This document shows positions 39,920-52,431 of a stretch of 64,000 bases of DNA, piece by piece (positions within the stretch are counted from its first letter, which is position 1; each line of letters starts with the position of its first letter). This DNA is from Octopus sinensis (lineage: Eukaryota), in contig NC_043005.1 of NCBI RefSeq assembly GCF_006345805.1, positions 11,594,001-11,658,000 on the forward strand, read 5' to 3'. The notes beneath the pieces were generated by a model. It did no database searches, was not told where the DNA came from, and was given only the letters and a program-made list of their open reading frames with translations. A program made the translations under genes and the position numbers.

Positions 39920-39960
<41 letters not shown>
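38700..39960. repeat. About 607-bp tandem duplication of a microsatellite mosaic
   Basis: A unique block ATAAATGTATACTTACGAATAAAC...GCATATATCTGTGTGTTG occurs at about 38794 and 39401. Confidence 0.85.
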
Positions 39961-39981
<21 letters not shown>

Positions 39982-40699
39982 TATTCATACGTGCATATGC
40001 ATGCACATATATATTGCCCATATATATGCATTCACGTAAATTGGGTTTTGGAATGACTCGTAGAAAGATATGAAGTGTTATTGTAACGATCCAGAATGTC
40101 ATTAATACGTTTAATCGTACCTTCATTCACTCGTTAGAAATACCCTAAGATTTGTTTAGTCTTATTAAATCCTCCAGTTTCCAGTTAAATACAGTAGGTA
40201 ACAAAAAAAAAACCGTCTATGAAAGAACAAATGATAAATTAAATAAAATTTTGTGCTTTTGCCTTGTTTACTTAGATCTAAGGCTTTCACTGCGCTACTT
40301 AATTCCAGATTCGAGACAGGTTGGTTGGAGACAGAAGCTCTTTTACTCACAATGTAATATAAGCAACTTAAATATTCAGTTGGATAAAATATCTGTGGAA
40401 ACAATTTCAGCCTCCGAAAATAATTACATATGTTGTACAAATGTCTATATATACGAAATGTCCTTGGAATTTTTTCTTATGTAGAGAAATATCACAACAC
40501 TTCTGATACTAAGCTTTAAACAACTTCAATTGTACCTCCTCTAATTATTTCTATCGCAGTGTTGTTATCGTCAACATATTTTGTGCTTTTCTGAAGGTTG
40601 TCCTTGGTTGATCTCCGCCTAGATTAATTTTGATGTATAATTGAATCAGAGATAAACTTGATTACAGGATATAGCTAGTTTATTTCTGGTTCCTTTACT

Positions 40700-41040
40700 A
40701 TACATTGGCTTTTAGATATATTTTTACTTTATATCTCTACTATTGAGTTTTCTGCGTTATTGCTATGCTGTATGTTTACATCTTTATCTCTCTATTATTA
40801 ACTTAGATCAGCTTGATATTTTCCACTTTGGTTTATTTCAAGATATTTCCTAGATCCTTTGTTCCCCTGACTTTCGCATTATCTCTTATCACTAGTTCGA
40901 TGTTTTCTGGCTCATTCTCACTAATTATGTGGTTTATTTGTTTCCAGGTAGATTTTCTATGACTTTTTGGTCAGTCATTTTGTCGCTACTTTATACCAAT
41001 GACACCACTTTGAATTACCTTGCTACTTGTCTTCCAGTTT
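40700..41040 (-). mobile_element. Possible old LINE linker-region relic
   Basis: Minus-strand KSTWKQINHIISENE..IELVIRDNAKV resembles the W..IN.I linker between APE and RT in CR1/L2/I-type LINEs. Confidence 0.3.
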
Positions 41041-41049
41041 ATTTAGATT

Positions 41050-41829
41050 AGATCCCGACTCATCCCAAATTCAGTTCTGAAGTATACAAGTTCAGATCTG
41101 AAGTATACAAATCTTCATTTATTCAGTTCTGAAGTATACAAGTTCAGTTCTGAAGTATACAAGTCTTCATTTATTCAGTTCTGAAGTATAAGATTGGATC
41201 ACAACTCATCCAAAATTCAGTTCTGAAGTATACAAGTTCAGTTCTGAAGTATACAAGTCTTCATTTATTCAGTTCTGAAGTATAAGATTGGATCACGACT
41301 CATCCAAAATTCAGTTCTGAAGTATACAAGTTCAGATCTGAAGTATACAAATCTTCATTTATTCAGTTCTGAAGTATACAAGTCTTCATTTATTCAGTTC
41401 TGAAGTATACAAGTCTTCATTTATTCAGTTCTGAAGTATACAAGTCTTCATTTATTCAGTTCTGAAGTATACAAGTCTTCATTTATTCAGTTCTGAAGTA
41501 TAAGATTGGATCACGACTCATCCAAAATTCAGTTCTGAAGTATACAAGTTCAGATCTGAAGTATACAAATCTTCATTTATTCAGTTCTGAAGTATACAAG
41601 TCTTCATTTATTCAGTTCTGAAGTATACAAGTCTTCATTTATTCAGTTCTGAAGTATGCAAGTCTTCATTTATTCAGTTCTGAAGTATACAAGTCTTCAT
41701 TTATTCAGTTCTGAAGTATGCAAGTCTTCATTTATTCAGTTCTGAAGTATACAAGTCTTCATTTATTCAGTTCTGAAGTATACAAGTCTTCATTTATTCA
41801 GTTCTGAAGTATGCAAGTCTTCATTTATT
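41050..41829. repeat. Composite minisatellite of 21-, 31- and 42-bp units
   Basis: All units start TTCAG(T/A)TCTGAAGTAT, followed by ACAAG, ACAAGTCTTCATTTA or AAGATTGGATCACGACTCATCCAAAA. Confidence 0.95.
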
Positions 41830-42378
41830 GGTAGAGTACAGCATGATAAATACCAGCTCATGACGCCTTGAGCTTAGCATACAAAATTCCAATTGGTAGC
41901 CTGTTTCTCACGGAATTATAATTTCGCCATTTAGCGTATATGTTTACAGATCGTGCCTGATATAAAATACGCTCTTGTTTAAATTGCCTGATCGAATTGA
42001 ATGATATTCATCACCCAGAATTCCGAACGAGGAAACAGTCGAACGATTGAAATTTTACATTTGACAAAATTAAAGAATTAAGCAAGAGGTATTACTGAAA
42101 AACCTAAAATTATAGGAAAAGACAAGCACACTAGCATAACGGTTTCTCATGTTTTAAATTATGCAAATTGCCATGGATAAATATATGGGTTGGGATGTAT
42201 GTATATGTATAGAACGAAAATCATTATCAAGAACGAAATGTTGGTTCAATTCCAACTGAGTAACTTAATTTTCATTTTATCTTTCTGTTGAAAACAAACA
42301 ACACACACACACACATGCACGCATGCAAATTTGAGAAATCAATCAATCAATCCATCTATATATACATACATACGTACA

Positions 42379-42426
<48 letters not shown>

Positions 42427-43959
42427 ATTTAATGTACACAGTATAAGAAGGCAAGCTGCTAAAGGTTTCTTTCTTGCTTTGGCGAAACGTATCTAGGCAG
42501 GTTTCTATGTTAACAAGTAATATTTAGGCACTGAATAGATGGGCTATTCTATTTGTAAACGTTGCTACAGGAGAAGTAATGAGAGAAAAAAAGCCACGAA
42601 GGTCGATGCAAAAATTGAAGGAGTGAATAAATGGAAAAAAGTAATAATAAAAAAACAGGAAAATTTGAGTTACGTCTCCTTTGACCATACAAGCCATAAT
42701 TAAACTAGTTGTAGTACAATAAATCAGCGGAGAGGAATCCAAAGTATGCGAGGCATCTATTTAATCTAAGGTGGGTGGTGACCTCCAGTTCGCGATAAGA
42801 CGTTTGTCCATATATCTGCACTTTCTGAAAATTTCGAATCTGGAATTAAGTAATGCAGTGATCTAAGAATGTGTGTTCTTTCAGTTATGCAAAAGATGCA
42901 TTTCTTTAATCCATGTACATATGGTAAGGATTCCTATATGAATCTCCACTTGATTGTTTGTGATGTGTAGTTGGTCTTCAAATCCTATACGTGGCTTTAC
43001 TATTGTTGATAGGGAGACTGAGCAACCATCTCGCCGACTTTGAACTCCTTTCCGTTGAATTATTCTACGATAGCTAGTTAATTATGGCTTTTACGATCAA
43101 AGGGGATATAACGTTAATTTTACTCATGTACCAGCGACCTGATTTTCAAATGGAATAGCCTATGTACTCAGAATCTGCAGATTGGTTGGAGACAGAAGAC
43201 ATGTTATAAAAACCTGCATGGACACGTGTCTCTAAAGCCCGAAACTATTAGTAGCTCATATAGCTACGCTGTGGACATTACATGATACTTATCTCTCCCT
43301 GGATGAATTACTTCTTTGTTGCTTTAATCTTAACGAATAAGTAAATTACACACACAACACGCATACGCACACAGCCATATATATATATATATATATTTGC
43401 ACACATTGATTTCTCAAATCTGTACGCGAGGATTAAGTTTCGACACAACGAAAAAACTCTGATATGCTGTGAGAATTTTAATCGACGTTGCAGCTCCATA
43501 TTGAAGAACTGGTCACGTAGCTGGGAATGTGTTCCTGCTATATATAAATATCGTAGACAAACCTACTCTAAAAAGCAGGCCGTGGAATTCTTTGCCAAAT
43601 ATCTACTCGTTAATTAGCTATGACCACCAACTCATAGATATACACCTCTCTACACCTTTTGTTACCAAAACAACATCGTTTCTCAGTTTAAACTAGTGAT
43701 TTCCATACCTTCTTTCACTATGTATACACGGCTTCTTCATTCACGTTCTTTATCTCGAACTTGCTTCATTTTTTCATCGAAATGCTAAAAGCAGTACTCT
43801 TAATATCTTTCTTCACCACAACTATATTTTCTGGTCAATCTACTCATCAACTACTTTTCTTTTGCAGATATATGAACGTGAACAAATTAAATTAAACTCT
43901 TACTATTTTGATGTCGCTAGAATATAGGATGATTTGTAAATGTTTTAGACAATGTGTGT

Positions 43960-44120
43960 AGGCATATGGCCGTGTGGTAAGAAGCTTGCTTCCCAACCAC
44001 ATGGTTCCGAGTTCAGTCCCACTACCTGTCACCTTGGTCAAGTGTTTTCTATCTATAGCCTCGGGCCGACCAAAGCCTTGTGAGTGGGTCTGGTAGACGG
44101 AAACTGAAAAAAGCCCATCG

Positions 44121-44125
<5 letters not shown>
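43960..44125 (+). mobile_element. SINE family C, 5' half ending in (TA)n
   Basis: GGCCGTGTGGTAAGAAGC...GACGGAAACTGAAAAAAGCCCATCG. Confidence 0.85.
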
Positions 44126-44170
<45 letters not shown>

Positions 44171-44734
44171 TACTATTAACAGCGAATTGTTCATCTTTAC
44201 TTACAGCCGTTTCTCTTAATACGCAACAAACATTAAATTCACATTTATGCGACATGAGCATGATAACAACAGAAAAAAACAAACGTACCATTGGATGCTA
44301 TATATGCGCTTGTGAATTCATTTTAACAGACCAATTTGCTGTTAATAATAACTTCCCAATCTCCATTTTATTTTTCTAAGTATTTCAGTCTGTATCTGGT
44401 CTGTATCTGGTCATTGAGTGACCAATGGTTTCGCATCTACAAAGGGCTTAGCTCCGTGTACGTCTCGTCAAGTTCCAAAGCCGAAGACAGATGTAACTCA
44501 TCACCTCTGGAGGGCAGGAACGGAAACACACGCACACACAAATTTACATACGCATTTTTTATAGTTTCAATGTTTTGAGTGCAGTTATTACCATCTTGAA
44601 GTGAATGAAGAATCAAATCGACCTAGTTCTTACTTTAGGTCTATTAATACTCACAGCATTCTTTTGCTGTTGAACCACTAAATATACAAGAATGCAAACA
44701 AAGAAACACCGTTTATGTTGCGACCAGCACCTAC

Positions 44735-44845
44735 ACAGATTTTGCCTACCAAACTTCCAAAACACTGGCCTATTCGGGGCTGTCGTAGAAGACACTGCTG
44801 CACGTAGGACTGAACCTGAAACCATGCGGCCGCGAATCAAAATGT
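44735..44845 (-). mobile_element. SINE family C, degenerate 5' fragment
   Basis: GTAGAAGACAC...GGACTGAACCTGAAACCATG. Confidence 0.55.
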
Positions 44846-44960
44846 TTACCCACATAGACATTCATACATGTATGTGTAGGTAAACATAATATACACATAT
44901 ATATATATATTTATATACATATATATGCATATATATATATAATATATTTATATATACACA

Positions 44961-45015
<55 letters not shown>

Positions 45016-45073
45016 ATAATAATATTATATATATATTATATATATATATATATATATACATACACACACACAC

Positions 45074-45106
<33 letters not shown>

Positions 45107-45154
45107 AATATATATATACATACATATATATACTTATATATATATATATATATA

Positions 45155-45194
<40 letters not shown>

Positions 45195-45397
45195 ATAATA
45201 TATATATATTTAATAAAGGGGCTTAGTAAAATAAATTACTTGCCGCATACTGAACTCATTAGAAATAGCAGCTAAAAAAAACTTTTTAAAACTATTTCTA
45301 ATACTTAAAGAAAACCTCTCTCATATAGTGTTTGCCCTCATTCAACTCACGCAAATATGGGGGTAGAGACATTAAAAAATCAAGTGCAAAGGTTATT

Positions 45398-45449
45398 TGA
45401 GAACGTACGTTTCAAGATTAGTCAACACGACACTTCTATCATCAGCTCA
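45398..45449 (-). ncRNA. Minimal type I hammerhead motif between 144-bp inverted arms
   Basis: UGAG-CUGAUGA-UAGAAGUGUC(GUGUU)GACUAAUCUU-GAA-ACGUACGU-U-CUCA. Stem II is partly decayed. Confidence 0.7.
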
Positions 45450-45958
45450 GAACTCCCTGGTTTGGATTTGAAAACACTGAAAGTAGGAGCATACCCTCTC
45501 GGCCTCCTCTCGCTTCCGAAGATCTGCTCGCAACTAACAGTGCCAACAAACTCAAAAATGCAAGCGAAGAATTTCTGCTCTCCCCTTTCCACCAGCGTGG
45601 GTTAAAATCAGCAAACACTATGCTTTTTTCGGTAACAAAATCCGCGGCATTATATAGAGAGAGATGAATTATAATTTCAACATTGAGGGTAAAATTAATT
45701 AAATTAATCAATTTCACAATATTTGCGTGAGTTGAATTGAGCAACACTATATGAGAGAGGTTTTCTTTAAGTATTAGAAATAGTTTTAAAAAGTTTTTTT
45801 TTAGCTGCTATTTCTAATGAGTTCAGTATGCGCAAAGTAATTTATTTTACTAAAGCCTTTTATATAATGTAATAATTTGAATTCGCCTTAAATGGTCCCT
45901 TTGCATACTGAACACTTGGTGAAATTGATTAATTAATTAATTTTACCCTCAATTGTTG

Positions 45959-46031
<73 letters not shown>

Positions 46032-46245
46032 TCAATATAGGGTGGCAAAAAATTTTGTAGAATTTTTTTGCCACCAGCGGCTAGTGGGAAAAAATTAAAT
46101 GTCATAGACCATTTTAAGTTCACCATCACAATCAGGAACGGCCATAATAGGCCATTCACCCACTAGAAATAACAGCCAAAAGCTTCAACCGCAAAATAAC
46201 ATCAATTCCGTAACCAGGAGAAAATTAAAAAACATTTACCCTGTA

Positions 46246-46355
46246 ATTTCTTATACGATGCACCGTTTCATCCTGTTTAATTTAATGGTAAACTAACCTG
46301 ATTAAATTAAATCAAGCCAATCTTCCATAGGCCCTTAGAATCATCAGTAAGAAAT
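46246..46355 (-). ncRNA. Type I hammerhead motif with long stem II insert (left arm)
   Basis: AUUUCUUA-CUGAUGA-...-GAA-ACGGUGCAUCGU-A-UAAGAAAU, with a perfect 8-bp stem I. Confidence 0.72.
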
Positions 46356-46506
46356 AGCCGTGGTTAGTTCCGTAATGGAATCGGCGGCTTATATTTATTT
46401 GCTGCCGATAAATTTGGCGCGAGTGCGATGATTTGAAAATTTTAGGTCAGATATTGCCGAGGCAGGGACGGAAATGCCTCGTGAAAATATCTGTTCCGAC
46501 TTGGCT

Positions 46507-46613
46507 ATTTTTTACTGATGATTCTAAGGGCCTATGGAAGATTGGCTTGATTTAATTTAATCAGGTTAGTTTACCATTAAACAGTAGATGAAACGGTGTA
46601 TCGTATAAGAAAT
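46507..46613 (+). ncRNA. Type I hammerhead motif with long stem II insert (right arm)
   Basis: AUUUUUUA-CUGAUGA(46515)-UUCUA...UAGAU-GAA-ACGGUGUAUCGU-A(46605)-UAAGAAAU. Confidence 0.72.
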
Positions 46614-48296
46614 TACAGGTAAATGTTTTTTAATTTTCTCCTGGTTTACGGAATTGATGTTATTTTGCGTTGAAGCTTTTGGCTGTTATTTCTAGTGGTG
46701 AATGGCCTATTATGGCCGTTCCTTGTTTGTGATATATAGATAATATATATATAATATATATATTATGTATTACTGTATGCATATCTCTAAATGTGTGTGT
46801 ATATCATGTGCGAGCGGTGGCATGTGTCAGTATGAGTACATGTAGATAGGGAATAAGGGATGAGAGACAACGTATAGCGGCTGTGTGTGAAAAACCACAG
46901 AAGAAGAGGAATATAATTGAAAAAAGAAAAAAAAGTATGACAAAAAACAAAGCGAATATGTGACTGTATATGCACATGCATATGTGTCGTATTTGTTTAA
47001 ATACGTGTTTTTGTGTGCGTGCATTTCTATAAGTATGTATGTATAAACATGTGTGTTTGTAGGAGAGAGGGAGATACAGAGAGAGTGGAAGGAAGAGAAT
47101 CTACGTTGAAGAAGGTGGAGCGAAAGCGAAAAATTTTCGAAGTAAGAATAATAATGGTATGTACAAGAATGTACGCGAAAGAGCTACTACATCAGCAGTT
47201 AGATATACACTGAAACTATAAAATGTAAAGACACAGGCAGAAAGGTATGTACAATCCTAGCGAGTGCGGAAGCCCTGCCTCAAATCACAGCAATAGGAAG
47301 ACGCAATAGAAAAGATTTACATATGTGATAATGCATTAGATTATATAAAGGTAACTTGTGTACTGCTGAGTCGAAGGAAGTGCGTCTCTGCTTTGCAAAC
47401 TCCATGAAATAAATTATTTTTAGATATGCTGTAACATGTAGAAGAGAATTTTATGGAATGGGGTCAGTTGTCGATGTGTGATTCTTTTTACATACAAATT
47501 TATGTACGTATATATATAACCATGTATGTATTACACATATGTATCTGTGTATTTAAGTAAACATTTATGTTACATGCGTGATTGTATATATGTGAGCTTG
47601 GTATATGTAAACGTGTACATATATATTTATATATCTGTATTTATGTAGACTTGTATTTATGAATATATCTGTTTATGCATGTATGTGTGTATACTTGTGT
47701 ATATATTTACGTACTCTATTTTTGCATGTATTAATGCATGCATATATGTATGCGTTTATCTATTTAAGATAGTATACATATACGCATGTGTATTTAAGTA
47801 GGTAGAAGTATTTGCATATCTGACAATTGTATAAGTATATAGGCATATATGTGTGAATGCATTTACATACACACGTGTTTGCACATGTAAGCATATTTGC
47901 ATGCATGAAAATTTTCTAACTTTCATTTTTCGAATTTCTCACCTATGGAAAAAGAGTTGGTTTCTCGGTCAGAAACAAGACTTTTTCACTGGAATTTAAA
48001 CAGCATTATCGTATTTATACATGAATATACATACGCATGTATGTACATAAATACGCTTACGTATGCATATGTAAATGCACACACATGCATGAATGCAGGA
48101 AGAGATATCGTTTTATATGTGGATCAGTATACGTATGTATTTGCATTCACTAAAGCTAAACTTCAAAAATGCTTTATATCATTTGATATTTTTTTTTATG
48201 TTTTGTGCAAGCAATCCTTTGATGCAGCCATTTCTTTTTGGCTTCGTGAAATCCAGATTCTCAAGATTATACTCAAGCAGATATTCTTAATTATAG

Positions 48297-48328
<32 letters not shown>

Positions 48329-48473
48329 CATTTAGAGGATTGACCACTAAAAGTGGACAGCCTGTACACTAGAAATAGACGTCAAAATCGCCATTTTCCA
48401 TACATACATATATACATACATATATATGTATGTATATATATATATATATATATATATTATAACTATATATATA

Positions 48474-48516
<43 letters not shown>

Positions 48517-48560
48517 CATGTATCTGTAAATGTAATATGTGACAATTATTCGGTAGCCCT

Positions 48561-48619
48561 GATAAACTCCGAGTTTCGGATGTCTGGGTGAAAATCCATG
48601 CCGCTATCTCTTCAATTAT
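48561..48619 (-). ncRNA. Degenerate hammerhead-like motif
   Basis: AUAA-UUGAAGA-GAU...AUC-C-GAA-ACUCGGAGU-U-UAUC. It has C3U and an apparent 1-nt loss in stem I. Confidence 0.45.
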
Positions 48620-48797
48620 TCGGCCTGGGAAATAATGCTATGAAAATGCATATATATATATATATATATATATTACATATACATGTGTGTGTATGTGCAT
48701 GTGTATATGTATATGTATGTATATAGTATATATATATAATATATATATATATATACATGTGTGTGTGTATGTGCGTGTGTATATGTATATGTATGTA

Positions 48798-48836
<39 letters not shown>

Positions 48837-49066
48837 TTCCATAATGAGATAAAAAACCAAGGCTGTGTAGATTATGTTCTAACATCTACACAGTCTTGGT
48901 TTTTTATATCATAACGGAAAACAAAACTTAAGCACACGCTGATATGTGACCTAAGTGGACCCCTTATTCGCATAATCACCGAACCTGGAACTTTTGGGTC
49001 TCACTGACACCACTACCTCTCATAACTTCTAGGCATATATATATATGTGCATATACATACATACAC

Positions 49067-49114
<48 letters not shown>

Positions 49115-49168
49115 TATAGATATATATATATATATATATAGATATATATATATATATAATATATATAT

Positions 49169-49213
<45 letters not shown>

Positions 49214-49334
49214 GATAGATAGATAGATAGATAGATACCGGGAAGCTTTATGAAAATAAACAAAAGACGAAGGCAGGTGGAGTACAAACAAACAGTTGTA
49301 TTAGTATGGCGCTCAGGAATATAAATAAAACAAG

Positions 49335-49372
49335 TCTTTTACGTTTCGAACCTACGCTCTTCAACAGAAAGA
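49335..49372 (-). ncRNA. Minimal hammerhead-like motif (A6U variant) in a PLE terminal region (about 49237-49440)
   Basis: UCUUU-CUGUUGA-A-GAGC(GUAG)GUUC-GAA-ACGU-A-AAAGA. Confidence 0.55.
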
Positions 49373-49482
49373 TACACAGAAAAGAAACAAGGAGAGAAAA
49401 AAAATGCGTGCAGAAGCTATCGATTCAACATGGCGATTCAACATATAGATATATGTATGTATATATACCTATATCTATCTAT

Positions 49483-50858
49483 CTGAGAGGATGTTCGGTG
49501 AACCAGACGGCCAGTCGGCGGCTCGTCTGACCTACATAAAGCTTCCGACAGAAGTGGCATTTAATGCAGTAGATGAGGCTAGAAGTGCAAAGAAGGAATT
49601 TCTAATGAAAACAGTTTGTTGGTTAGAACGAGTGATAGAGGTAGTGTTGGTGATGAAGGGGCAGGTATTGCAGCAGGATCTGGGTCACGGAAAGGATCCA
49701 TGTGGAGCTGAGGCTGAAGAGGAGAAGGTGCTACGGACCAGGAGATCGCGTAGGTTCCGGGTGCGTTTAAAGGAGGACATGGGTGGTTTGGAGAAAATGG
49801 GTCGGGTGTTGGGATCAAGCTGGAGACGACGGAAGGCCCGTAGTATCCTCCGACGGAGGCGTAGAGTGGAGGGGTGGAAAAGGAGGGGAAAGTGGGTGCG
49901 GTTAGGGGGTTGGCGAGAGGAAGGAGAAAGGACGGTAGTGTGGTCGATTCGACGAGTGCGGGCAAGGAGCCATTTGGACAAGGGTTGGGGAGTATCCTCG
50001 ATGTCTAAACAGGTGGGCCAGGTACTGTGACTGGGTCTCAAAATCCTGGCCACGGCTGCACAAGCGTCGGAGGCGGATGAACAGGAGTAGGGGTGGCCCG
50101 TTCGGTGTGGAAGGGATGGGAGGAGGAGAAGTTGAGGTAGAGGTGGGAATCAGTGGGTTTGAAGAAGGCGGAGGTGGTGAGAGAGTAGGAAGGGTGGTCA
50201 ATGGTAAGAGAGATATCGAGGAAGTTAACAGAAGTGTGAAAGATAGTAGAAGTGAATTGGAGAGAAGGCCGGAAGTTAGAGAGGAAAGAGATGAAGTGGC
50301 AGAGTTGTTCACGGGAGAGGGTGGTGGCACCTATACAGTCGTCTATGTAGCGACCGTATAGTTCTGGAGTCGGCCCGGAGAATTGGGAGAATGCTTGGGC
50401 CTCAATATGGCCAACAAAGAGTTTGGTGAAATTGGGGCCCATTCTCGTTCCATATCGTGACCCCATACACTTGTTGGTGGGTTTCCCCGGCGAACGTAAA
50501 GCAGTTGAGGGTAAGAACGAGCTCTGCAAGGCGGAGAAGGGTGGAGTTCTGGGTGTGTGGTCAGGGTGATGGTCGAGGAAGTATTGTAGGGCTAAGAGGC
50601 CGTCGTTGTGGGGAATCACCCTGTATAAGGATTTGATTCCAAGGTGAAGAGGAGGTGTGAGGGGCCGGGAGAGAAGAAAAAGGAATTGAAGAGACGAAGG
50701 GCGCGATTAGTGTCGTGAATGGGGGATGAGAGGGCAGCAACTAAAGGGGGCAGGATGCGGTCATGGTATTTGGAAATGACTTCGGTGAGACAATTACTGG
50801 CAGAATCGATGGGGCGACCATATTTGTTGGGTTTATGTATTTGGGGATGGAAATAGAT
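49483..50858 (-). mobile_element. Penelope-like element 2 (decayed RT + GIY-YIG)
   Basis: Minus-strand peptides: PQIHKP..GRPI..SNCLTEVISKY; IPHNDGL; YGTRMGP; YGRYIDD; SVNFLDI; FKPTDSHLYLNFSSSHP; RNLRDLLVR; LIYCIKCHFCRKLYVGQTSRRLAVWFTEH. Frameshifts and a stop are present. Confidence 0.93.
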
Positions 50859-50859
50859 G

Positions 50860-51520
50860 AACATATACACAAACATACTTCCACACGAACACACATATAC
50901 CTCTCACACACCACACACATACAACATACATACATGCACATATACACACACATACCTTCCACACTCATACGCATACATACACATACACACACACACCCAC
51001 ATATACCCACGCGCACACACACATATGCGCGTACACACATATGCGCGTACACACACACACGTGCACAAACGTACAGCCACATACACACACACGCACAAGA
51101 ATGCACAGATACCTATGTATATATATATATATGTATATAAATGCATGTATATATATATATATATGTATATATAAATGAATGTATATATATATATGTATAT
51201 ATATATATATAAATGCATGCATATATATGTATATATATATATATAAATGCATGTATATATATATGTATATACATATATGTATATGTATGTATATATGTAT
51301 ATATATGCATGTATATATATATATATGTATGTATATATGTATGTATATATATATATATTATATATACATATATATATATCTATGTATATATGCATGTGTA
51401 TATATACATATATGTATGTATATATATATATATGTATATATATATATAAATATATATCTATATGTATATATAAATATGTACATATATATTTGTATGTGCG
51501 TTTGTATATGTCGGCTTGTA
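50860..51520. repeat. (CA)n/(TA)n/(TATG)n microsatellite field
   Basis: Simple repeats. Confidence 0.95.
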
Positions 51521-51599
51521 TGCCCATACGTATTATGTATCTGAATGTCTAGACTTATATCTGTAGGCATGCGTGTAGATATGAATTTATTTAGTTTAT

Positions 51600-52100
51600 A
51601 TGTAAACAACAAACATTCGTCTCTGGAATATAAGTGACAACGGTGATACAATTTCCAACAGTTTTGCATAAATTAGTCGTTGTCATTCTAGTGTGAATTT
51701 ACAGAGTTCGAGCAAGTGTGTCTATGTGTACCTTATAACCCAAAGTTTTCCAGGTTGTTCTTTCCTAACTTTGCAACATTTTATATGCCCTTAAGGGAAT
51801 TTCGTCTTCTTTAATATTGTGGTTTTAATTATAGGCCACTGTGCCTCTTAGGGTTTGGGTTCTCATGCTCATTTCTATCCACTATTTTGAAGATGGCACA
51901 TAATCTTGCCTTATACACTATTCCCGTAAAATAAATTTAGCTAAATGTGTCATGCAAGAACTATCTTCACTTGTTCCGTGTATGGGCAAAGAAAAAGCCC
52001 TGTGACTGATAATGTGCAGACACATTCCCTGCTACCGCGAGTTTACGATTACTTCCGATAAGTTGACATCGCTCTCAAGAAAAAACTGCTGCCATGCTTT
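51600..52100 (-). mobile_element. Possible third, strongly decayed PLE GIY-YIG/3' end
   Basis: Minus-strand TGIVYKARLC, and later [16 protein letters not shown], resemble the IVYKA and SKCRH motifs of some PLE endonucleases. Confidence 0.3.
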
Positions 52101-52431
52101 AGTAAATGCCAAGCTTTAGTAGAATGTTATGTTGCTGCCATCTTTTTGTAAAATCATTTCTAATTTGATAGTTCAATTGCTTGCGAAAAGTCAAATAAGC
52201 GTTTGCCAAATACAGGTATATATAGTTGTCAAAAGTGTTTCACGCAATTTTTCTATCGAAAAACTTTCACCTTCTTCCTGCAATGTGTGTGGTTGAGATT
52301 TCACTGATGCTTGTTTTAATTTCGATTTGTTGTGTTGCTCTGATCACTCTTTCGGTCCGCGGTCCCAGTATAACAAGAAGCCATTGCTGACTTACAGGTA
52401 TTGGAAGAACAATCAAAATTCTAAACACAAA

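Noticed and set aside
41050-41829. CRISPR-like appearance (palindromic constant repeat with intervening sequences)
   Set aside because: The intervening parts are three recurring variants rather than unique spacers, there are no cas genes, and the context is eukaryotic.
49491-50361. Plus-strand ORFs of 179 aa and 94 aa
   Set aside because: They are antisense shadows of the decayed PLE 2 coding region.
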